NCBI GenBank assembly: GCA_018985225.1
Contig: JADGIF010000429.1
Span: 1-8,736, forward strand
Direction: 5' to 3'
Length of the DNA: 8,736 nucleotides
Origin: Amoeboradix gromovi X-113
Lineage: Eukaryota > Fungi > Sanchytriomycota
Shown: positions 1 through 7,520 of the stretch, piece by piece
Numbering within the stretch: the stretch's first letter is position 1
Layout: the number at the start of each line of letters is the position of its first letter
Made by a program: the position numbers and the translations under genes
The notes under the pieces: model-generated
What the model was told of the DNA's origin: nothing
Databases searched by the model: none
The model's input: the letters and a program-made list of their open reading frames with translations, nothing else

Positions 1-5
1 AACCT

Positions 6-44
6 CTGATTCATAATACTGATTCATAATACTAATTCATAATA
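6..44 (+). repeat. Three tandem 13-bp repeats CT(G/A)ATTCATAATA; candidate subterminal repeats of a DNA transposon left end
   Basis: 6-18 CTGATTCATAATA, 19-31 CTGATTCATAATA, 32-44 CTAATTCATAATA. The core TCATAATA is the reverse complement of TATTATGA at 417-424, in the candidate right end. Confidence 0.9.
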
Positions 45-118
45 GGGTATATTTTCATTTAAGAACTATCCAGAGAGAACTGTCTTGCACATAAATAGAG
101 ACCTTTCCTAATAAAGTT

Positions 119-396
119 ATGGCCAAGAGAAAGCAAAAGCTTTCATACACCAGTAAATCAAAGAAATGTAGTGTCTATGAGAATGAAATAGAAAAGAGTA
201 CCGTCTAAGAAAATGCACCTTTTGCTTAGATGCTCAAAGACCTTATATGTTTGAACGAGATGCAGGGTCTTCTACTTTTATTTTAAAAAGAGGAATACAA
301 TTAATGAAAGAAAATTGGTATAATAGAAGAAGATCTTTTATTAATGGTAATATACCCTCTGTATGGTGCACCTCCTTTAAAAACGAGTTAGTCTAG
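119..396 (+). pseudogene. Fanzor/TnpB-family RNA-guided nuclease remnant (zinc ribbon + RuvC-III only)
   Basis: Frame from ATG 119 reads MAKRKQKLSYTSKSKKCSVYENEIEK. After a frameshift near 188-196, the frame from 193 reads KEYRLRKCTFCLDAQRPYMFERDAGSSTFILKRGIQLMKENWYNRRRSFINGNIPSVWCTSFKNELV* (TAG 394-396). This fits the TnpB/Fanzor C-terminal pattern YTSKxCSxC...CxxC...RDxNAAxNI. The second Cys appears as TAT (176-178), one change from TGT. RD is at 256-261. RuvC-I/II and REC/WED regions are missing. Confidence 0.62.
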
Positions 397-445
397 TTTT
401 TAAATTTGGTGTCCCATATTATGACCTATGCTTTTAGTGACAGCT
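321..445 (+). ncRNA. Candidate Fanzor omegaRNA (scaffold ~321-426 plus flank-derived guide ~427-445)
   Basis: Hairpins at 321-330/334-343 and 346-349/353-356, and a long interrupted stem at 361-419 that includes a perfect TTTAAAAAC/GTTTTTAAA pairing (376-384/396-404). The region overlaps the 3' end of the Fanzor-like frame and abuts the candidate right end, the known omegaRNA position. Expression is not shown. Confidence 0.45.
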
Positions 446-1155
446 AGTTTTATCAATTCTTCCCCTTTGCCTTCCTAGTGTTTGCTCGGTATAGCACTTG
501 CCATAAACTTAAGTATATTTTAAATCAAACACGATCTTTTGTATACAGCCACGGCTATCTTAGCCTTTACATCCGCAGAAAACACAACAACTCTAAGAAT
601 GCTGCATGCGTTACGCAAAAAGATGTTGATTGCAACTTCAGTGTACGATTGAGTTTTAGAAATGTCTTAGATACCGAGTATTCAAAAGATCAAGATACAT
701 TTCAGCCATTCAATGCATAACATAGATATTAATCAATAGTGTATGTACTGCACGGAAAAACGTAGCTCACCAAGAAATGTCCCGAGAATGTAGAAAAATG
801 AGTTTATCGCAGAGGTACTATAGATCATTAAAACCTGAGCTTACGAGCTTAAGCTGGTATTTTAAATAACTTATGTCCTAGATTCCTATACCAAATTTTT
901 TCTCTTGGCTGAAGATGTCTATTGGATAGTGATATTTTGATAGTTTTAATTCCCATGCAATTGATATGATCCAGTTCCGAATAGACTATGACCGCTTCAG
1001 CATTTGAATTGGAACAAACTGTCCATTATGGGAATGGTAATCAACGCCCACAAGAGTGAGCTTAGAAATTTGCCATGAAGAAAGTAATACACCTAGTCAC
1101 AACGGAGAACAATAAAGAGTTTTTGAAGTCTATTTATTTTTAAAACTGAACATGT

Positions 1156-2073
1156 TCAGCTAATTTCAGGAATCTCATTCCAAATATCCGCTTCGATTGA
1201 ATTCTCAATGATGTGAGGTAGAACGCTGGTCAATTTGTTCTTCAGATACAATTTGTGCACCAATTTACCAGTGCTCAATTCAAAATGGCGAACATATCTA
1301 TCCAAATATGTAATAAATAAATTATTGCCTGAAATGGCAAAACATGTTGGACAACTTCGACTTTCTTTATCCTGATACTTTCTAACCTGAATCTTCTTAA
1401 TGTAATCGAATAAATAAATATTGCCTTCTACATCTCCTAGAAGCAAGTCTTTGTCATTGACCTTTTGCAAGAGTGAAATTGTTGAAGTCCCAAATGGAAT
1501 TATCACCACCGGACGTTGACCATGAGCTGTATCAAAAAAATGCAAATTATGCTTGCTGGTAGCAATAAATGTAGTTGAGCTGGTTATAACCGCACATTTG
1601 TAAAGCAAATCATCCACTCCGTTGAATGCATTTTTCTTTTGCTTAGACTTGAAGAGCAACTTGCCTTCCGAAAGTTTTGAAATCTTATTGAGATTTTTTG
1701 TATCACCGAGAGATATCACTCTCAAGTTGCATCCACCAAGGAACAGATGCCCTTGCTCAAATTGAATAAAATGTTTAAAATCACCATAAATTGTTTGTTC
1801 AATCTTCAAGTTTTCTATATTCATAACAGTGACGGTATTAATTTGAACAATAATAATCTGATTGTTGTGAACATATGCATCAAGTACCTTTTCGTCTAAT
1901 TTACACTGTTTTTCGCAATTTCCTTCTTTCCAACTTTCTATAATAAATTCACGTACAATCAATAAATCATCATGTGGGAGTAGTTTAATAATCTTCTTAC
2001 TTTTATCAACAGACCCGTATCGGTGTCCATCAGAGTAGTGGAGTACTCCAACATCGTCGCTTGCAAAGAACAT
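1156..2073 (-). CDS. NSA1: Ribosome biogenesis WD40 protein NSA1/WDR74 homologue (305 aa, intronless, divergent)
   Basis: Family-like motifs: N-terminal FFASDDVGVL, FFDTAHGQRPV, LLLGDVEGNIYLFD, YLDRYVRHFELSTGKLVHKLYLKNKLTSVL and a C-terminal DIWNEI. An in-frame TAG directly precedes the ATG; the stop is TGA. Confidence 0.85.
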   Translation of the reverse strand: MFFASDDVGVLHYSDGHRYGSVDKSKKIIKLLPHDDLLIVREFIIESWKEGNCEKQCKLDEKVLDAYVHNNQIIIVQINTVTVMNIENLKIEQTIYGDFKHFIQFEQGHLFLGGCNLRVISLGDTKNLNKISKLSEGKLLFKSKQKKNAFNGVDDLLYKCAVITSSTTFIATSKHNLHFFDTAHGQRPVVIIPFGTSTISLLQKVNDKDLLLGDVEGNIYLFDYIKKIQVRKYQDKESRSCPTCFAISGNNLFITYLDRYVRHFELSTGKLVHKLYLKNKLTSVLPHIIENSIEADIWNEIPEIS

Positions 2074-2371
2074 CTACTCCCTAAGTTTTACACTTTTCCT
2101 CGTGTAATGAAGCGCTGTACAAATCCAGACAACTTTCAAAAGAAATGATTTAAAATGATAAAGCATTTCAGCAGATAGATTTAATGCTTTATTAAATATG
2201 CTTGATGAGGCAATTTGTTATTTACTGTCTGTCAGATATATCTTTAATTTTCAGCAGACTTTGAATAGCTTGATCAGCACTGGGTGCATTAGATGGGAGT
2301 ATTGGTTATGTAAGAAGTTCATATTTTCTTTTTGACATCCCGTTTTACTCCAATTCTGCTTTCCACAGAGC
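2074..2371. promoter_or_regulatory. ~300-bp divergent intergenic region (probable bidirectional promoter)
   Basis: Lies between the head-to-head starts of the NSA1-like gene (2073, -) and ORF 2372 (+). Contains a 10-bp inverted repeat (2158-2167/2183-2192) and TTTCAGCAGA twice (2166, 2249). Confidence 0.4.
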
Positions 2372-3445
2372 ATGTCTCTCATGACCTGTAAAATAATCCA
2401 GCTGGAGGATATAAAGACCAGCAAGTTTTTGCAAAGAAAGAATATTAGGTGTACTAAACTGGATAGTAATAATGCTCTGTTTAAGATAACACTCCAAAAG
2501 AATTCTGGGAATGTAATTGCAATTGATTTGTCTGGTACTTTAACTTGGAGAGCATTGAACGGCACAATTAACATCAAAAACTCGTTATATAGCAAAGACA
2601 TTTTAATGTTGAAAAAGAATCAGTTTACCGTCTCAAACGGAAACGAATCAGATCAAAATTTGTTAAATTACATCACCAAATCCCTAGATATACCCAGGGA
2701 AGATATCAAAAATGTAAACACAAAATCTCAAGTACTCTTAAGCAAGTCGGAGACAGTTTTAAAAAGTGCAATCCGAGAGAACAATTCAGTTTTGACTGAA
2801 GTGTCAAAGTCTCATTCAAACTCAACTTTTGGTCCCATTTCCAAACCTTTTAGGATGCCTTTTGATTCCAAGCAATCCGTTGCACCGTTGGATACTTATA
2901 CCAACAAAATGCCATCGAACCCAAATCTGCCAAGTAGTTTCAAACAGATTTACACAAAGAGCAATGATTTGGAAAACAAATTTTCTAGTGTGATGCCTCA
3001 TTCAAGCAATAAGAGATCATTCAGTGACATCATTGATGACGTTCGTGAGGAATTTAAAAAACATCCAAAAATTGATTTTCAACCCAACATGGCATCAGAG
3101 GTAGAGGAAACTTTAGATGGAGATTTTTTAAATGTTCTGCCTACACCCATAGAGGATTTGGAGTTTCCAGACTCTTCCCAGGTTGGCCAAGTCAATAGTT
3201 TAGGGTCTGAGATTGAATTTGACAAAATTTCAGAAGAGGAAATTTTAGATGCAGAGCTCAGCACAATGAATAATAAGTCCGATGTTATTTTGGTCGAGAA
3301 ATCTGACAGTAACATAGCAAAGATATCAAAAGTAGACTCATTTATTAAAATGTCTTCGCGGAATGATAATAAAAAGATTGAGTTATCTAGTGATGTTGTT
3401 TTAATTGCGAACTCAGTATATAATAACAGTTTTCACGATGCATAG
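2372..3445 (+). CDS. Hypothetical protein, 357 aa; probable folded N-terminal ~110 aa followed by a Ser/Asn/Lys/acidic disordered region
   Basis: A 1074-nt open frame in AT-rich DNA with protein-like composition. No family motif recognised. Confidence 0.75.
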   Translation: MSLMTCKIIQLEDIKTSKFLQRKNIRCTKLDSNNALFKITLQKNSGNVIAIDLSGTLTWRALNGTINIKNSLYSKDILMLKKNQFTVSNGNESDQNLLNYITKSLDIPREDIKNVNTKSQVLLSKSETVLKSAIRENNSVLTEVSKSHSNSTFGPISKPFRMPFDSKQSVAPLDTYTNKMPSNPNLPSSFKQIYTKSNDLENKFSSVMPHSSNKRSFSDIIDDVREEFKKHPKIDFQPNMASEVEETLDGDFLNVLPTPIEDLEFPDSSQVGQVNSLGSEIEFDKISEEEILDAELSTMNNKSDVILVEKSDSNIAKISKVDSFIKMSSRNDNKKIELSSDVVLIANSVYNNSFHDA

Positions 3446-4308
3446 TCCAAATGAACTCTAGGCTACCGTCTGAATACAGTCAAAAGATTACAAAATAAAC
3501 AGTTTAAATAATCATGTGGTTTTTGTGCTGTTTTCATGTTAACTTTGCAATGGAACGAGTTTAGTATAGGCTGGAGTCAAGGGATACTGCATGTACACGT
3601 TATGCTGAATGAAAGAACTCAAAGTGTATCATGGTGGATTCAGTCCAAAATATTCAACCATTGAGGGTTTAGATGCAATCGTCAATCGGGAAGATTTTAT
3701 TGATATAATTGCATCCATGAAGAACACAATGATATCAGCCCATGCAAAAATATACTTAAATGGTATCTAACAAGTTGTCCACACTTGAGAATGTCCACTA
3801 CTCTTAAGCGAAATTGATGTGACTTCCTAATCACAACTTTCGAAGTCTTTTATAATTCTGGCGATTGGGAATTTCACAGAAAAAGTACAGACTGCTATTC
3901 AGGACTCTTGCACATAAGATAATCTCTTTTGAGGAAGAGATGGAAACTATAAACGGCTTAGAGATGTCATGTGTACGGTGAATGAATCTCATTCCTGCAC
4001 TTGAGAAATCAGAAAAGTAGTGGTGTTTTTAGAATAGAGACTGAAAGATTGAGTGGCATGGATTCATTTTTCTTCGATTTAAGTTTGTCGAATATATAAG
4101 CGGTTAGGAAGATTTATGAACAGAGCACATTGCAACGATATAGCTTATTTAATCGCAATAAATTATTTACTCAGCCAATCGTTAGCTTTAAGATTTGGTA
4201 AAGTACGCCATATTCTATACTTTAAAATCAACTTTTATTGTGATAATCATGGTTATTTTATAACCTAAAAGCCTAGACAGGGGAGTGTTATAACCAAACG
4301 AGATTAAT

Positions 4309-5097
4309 TTATATGAGAAACTTCGCCACAGAGAAAGAAGAACGGGCATAGTCATATTTGACAATGTGAGTATTATCAAGACCAAATTGAAGTGTCTTTG
4401 GACTAATGGTTACCCATTTTCCATCCTGATAACAAATTGTTGACAATTTTGCGTGATGGATGCCACACATTACATCCTTGTTGATTGCGACCTTGTAAAC
4501 AAATGCATTCAACTTACTCCACGTTGGAGTATCAACCGTAATGTCATCAGTGCACATAGCATAAGCGCGGCTTCCCCCAATCGTGTAAGTCATGCAGGCC
4601 CGATTCTTCGAAATAGAGAGGTCAGTTATGAAACCTTTAATTCCGTTTTTCTCATTCCATGCTTGACTATCTCTGAGTACAGTTAAAAAGTCACTGCACT
4701 TTAAGGTGTACCGGCCAGCGATACAAACTGTGTCTCCATCAAGCTCAACAATTAAATTTTCGATGTCGCTCCTGTTGTTGTATACTTGGACCCATTCTAC
4801 GATGTCTGCTTTGATATTTTCGGTACAGAATATGTCGTTTACGTCTCTGGTCGCACATGCTCGGCTTCCGTAAATGGAAAGCGCCCAAACTCGTGATAAG
4901 TTTGAGTTTGCTTCACGAGGTACAACAGATGTATCGTAGGTATTCCAACAATATATTTAACCGAAAGCACCTACTGCACAAGTAAGATCCCCAGACACAG
5001 AAATATCGCTGAGATATAAAAAAGAAATATTCTTATATGTTTTGAAGCTTAATTGCGTAGGATTTACTAAAGAAGCAACAAGCGTAGTAAATAACAT
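4309..5097 (-). pseudogene. Secreted tectonin-like Cys-containing beta-propeller protein (~262 codons) with one in-frame TAA at codon 47
   Basis: ATG 5097 starts MLFTTLVASLVNP (signal-like). The frame is open to TAA 4309-4311 except for TAA at 4959-4957. Repeated blades: LSDISVSGDLTCAVGAFG*IYC; VWALSIYGSRACATRDVNDIFCTENIKADIVEW; LIVELDGDTVCIAGRYTLKC...QAW; ITDLSISKNRAC...AMCTDDITVDTPTW; VYKVAINKDVMCGIHHAKLSTICYQDGKW. The track ORF 4309-4593 is only its last third. Confidence 0.72.
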
Positions 5098-6320
5098 TGC
5101 AGCCAAGAGGTTTTCCTGTTTAATATAATTTTATTGACAAATCAGGTATATCTTGCATAAAAAGATGCTTGCGCTGTACCCAAATTGCAAAATAATTGCA
5201 AGATGCTTACAAAATAAAAGACTGATCGCATCAGACAACTGTTGGTGTTATTCCTCAATAAAACCTCTACTGAGCTATTTCTTAATGGTAGAAAGTTCGC
5301 ACAAAACGTACCTTTGATACAAATCGAAGCAAACTGTAAAGACGAACGCTCTGATTAGACTATTGTTACAGGTGCAAATGAACTACTAAATCTTTCAAAT
5401 GATGCAACTTGAAAATTAACTTGCAAAGTAGAAACTAAAATTTAAATGTCTTAAGCACCCTCGACAGTTTAAGATGAAAATGTAACAATGCGCATGCTAC
5501 CGAATGTAAAGATGAGCCGAAGTTGTGGGAATTGCAGACAGATTCTCTTACATCGGCTCTGGGGATGAGGACAGGGCACTTTTTATCCCAAAAGAGTAGA
5601 TATCCAAGAAGTGCCGCAAACGTAAGAATGATGTCAGTGGAAAGCGAAAGAGACCAAGGACATGCGGAACATGCTCTGGAGTTATCTATCACGATTAAAA
5701 TACAAACCTGCATACACGAGATGTATTTGTTAGTTACATCTCTGAATACAAAAAACCAGGCTAGCAAAATCGTCCCTCGACAGATTATACCAATACCTAG
5801 GGAGAGAGGTCTCAATGGACGGCACTCGTAATTGCCTATGTTTGGTAGTATTTTAGCCACTTTCTTGTTGGCCAATCAGGTCGCAAGACCATCTACAGGA
5901 GAACTGCGCGTCCAACTAGCACATGGTTTTGAAGTTGTCGGTGCTTCACATCTTGGCAGCATTGATCCATACTGTATCCATAGACTGCCCGGACGTGATC
6001 AATCTTGCTGAAGGAGTAAATGTGGGTTTTAGCAATCCTGAACTTATGAAATCACTTCGGATAGACTGCTGCAACGGCAATTAAATAGGCTGCAAATCTG
6101 GGCGTGTAGACCATGTAGATTTCTTCGGGTCAAGGCTTACCGGCATTATAAACATGACAGCACTTCCTAGAATGATGACTTATCTTGATCTCGGTTACAA
6201 CAAAGTAACTCGGATTATCCAAGGAGATTTACCATCACATATAAACTTGGTTTATTTGAACGGCAATATGATCACTGGAGAGTTACCGAATATATCTACC
6301 TCCAATTTAAAATACCGTAA

Positions 6321-7520
6321 GTCTCAAATAACAAGTTTAGTGGTCCCATTCCTCAGCTTCCAAACTCACTGGAATCCTTTCACATGAATAACAACATGAT
6401 CTCAGGGTGTATACCTGACAACCTGCCATCTAGTCTATACATATTTGAAGCCAGTAACAACGTGTTAAGCTGTCCTATCCCAGAAAACCTACCCTCTATC
6501 GGAAAAATTAGCTTGCTATCAAACAGATTAAATGGTACAGTGCCTGCTCTTCCTGCAAGTCTTTATTCTCTGAGTCTTGGTTGGAATAACATATCAGAAG
6601 AGTTTCCTTATTTGCTTAATTATCTCAACTATCTTGAGCTGCAGTCAACTCGTATAAATGGGACTCTTCACTTAAACAGAGTATATGCATTGCATATTGG
6701 CAACACAGATATATCAACTGTTGTGCTTGATTATCCATATGTAAATTACTGCGACATGAGGAACACAAATCTTACCAACCCTGTTAATGATCCTACGCTA
6801 GCTAATTGTGATAGATCAACCACACTACCAAGTGCAATCTCGGACTGCAATGATGTAGTTAACCTCGCTTATGGACTAAACCTACACCTCTCAGACCCAG
6901 ATTTAATGCAGGAGATTGAGTACAACTGCTGCTCACTAACTTATAATTTTATCGTAACCTGTAATGCGACGAATGTGGTAGAGGTTTCCTTTGTCGATAT
7001 GAACCTTGATGGCACTATAAATAGTACAGCAATTCCTCAAGGTACCAAAAGGTTGAGTTTGGATTACAACTCGATTTATGGATCTATTCCAGAAGACCTT
7101 CCTGATAACTTGAGAGAATTCTCCATGCAATTCAACAGACTAACCAGAGCCATTCCTGAAACTCTTCCTGTTGGTTTGAATAGGCTTTACGCAAACAATA
7201 ACTGGCTTAACGGATCAATTCCTCAAGCATTACCAGCAAGTTTGACAGATTTTGTACTCAAAAACAACTATTTGACAGGTGGCTTGCCAATGTTTCTTCC
7301 TTCCACAATGTCCTACTTTGATGTCAGCAGTAACAATCTGGATGGTACTCCGCCTAGCACCTTTCCTTTAGCATTGTACTATTTTGACATAAGTTATAAC
7401 AATCTACATGGTAGTTTGCCTAGCATTTTCCCGTCCACATTGTCGGATTTCAGCGTAAATAACAACTATTTGAGTGGTACTGTTCCTGCTTTCCCAAACA
7501 TTACACGTAATATAAATTAA
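6321..7520 (+). CDS. Middle open segment of the LRR gene (first ATG 6384): end of module 1 and most of module 2
   Basis: The frame opens at 6321 with VSNNKFSGPIPQLPNSLESFH and runs into track ORF 6384-7520 with many LRRs. It lacks its own signal peptide. Confidence 0.55.
   Translation, partial: VSNNKFSGPIPQLPNSLESFHMNNNMISGCIPDNLPSSLYIFEASNNVLSCPIPENLPSIGKISLLSNRLNGTVPALPASLYSLSLGWNNISEEFPYLLNYLNYLELQSTRINGTLHLNRVYALHIGNTDISTVVLDYPYVNYCDMRNTNLTNPVNDPTLANCDRSTTLPSAISDCNDVVNLAYGLNLHLSDPDLMQEIEYNCCSLTYNFIVTCNATNVVEVSFVDMNLDGTINSTAIPQGTKRLSLDYNSIYGSIPEDLPDNLREFSMQFNRLTRAIPETLPVGLNRLYANNNWLNGSIPQALPASLTDFVLKNNYLTGGLPMFLPSTMSYFDVSSNNLDGTPPSTFPLALYYFDISYNNLHGSLPSIFPSTLSDFSVNNNYLSGTVPAFPNITRNIN

Larger units (their letters stand above)
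1..426 (+). mobile_element. Internally deleted, non-autonomous TIR element carrying a Fanzor/TnpB 3' remnant; left terminus probably lies upstream of the window
   Basis: Subterminal repeats at 6-44 are inverted relative to the right-end motif GTGTCCCATATTATGACC (409-426). This motif is followed by TA (427-428), a possible Tc1/mariner-type TSD. A Fanzor-like coding remnant and a structured region lie between them. The exact right boundary is inferred. Confidence 0.6.

Noticed and set aside
6-44. CRISPR array or telomeric repeat
   Set aside because: Only three abutting 13-bp units with no spacers, no cas genes and a eukaryotic context. The array is short and not G-rich.
2204-2253. PAC (GATGAG 2204-2209) and RRPE-like (TAATTTTCA 2245-2253) motifs upstream of a ribosome-biogenesis gene
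   Set aside because: Short, imperfect matches are expected by chance, and these motifs are mainly characterised in budding yeasts.
2251-3315. Minus-strand ORFs 2251-2601 and 3079-3315
   Set aside because: Antisense shadows of ORF 2372-3445 with no motifs.
3514-3930. Possible decayed gene (MWFLCCFHVNFA at 3514; 53-aa frame 3609-3770)
   Set aside because: Multiple stops and no recognisable motif; cannot be supported from sequence alone.
4453-4686. Plus-strand 77-aa ORF
   Set aside because: Antisense to the propeller gene.
5435-5875. ORFs 5435-5875 (-) and 5523-5831 (+) as genes
   Set aside because: Non-ATG (TTG) starts in a eukaryotic context, mutually overlapping, and no domain signal.
1156-6084. 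Genome-wide TAA/TAG=Gln reassignment (as in Amoeboaphelidium protococcarum) to explain the internal TAAs
   Set aside because: About 22 Gln residues in the two intact genes all use CAR. The propeller gene and ORF 2372 end plausibly at TAA and TAG. The LRR gene also has frameshifts that recoding would not fix.
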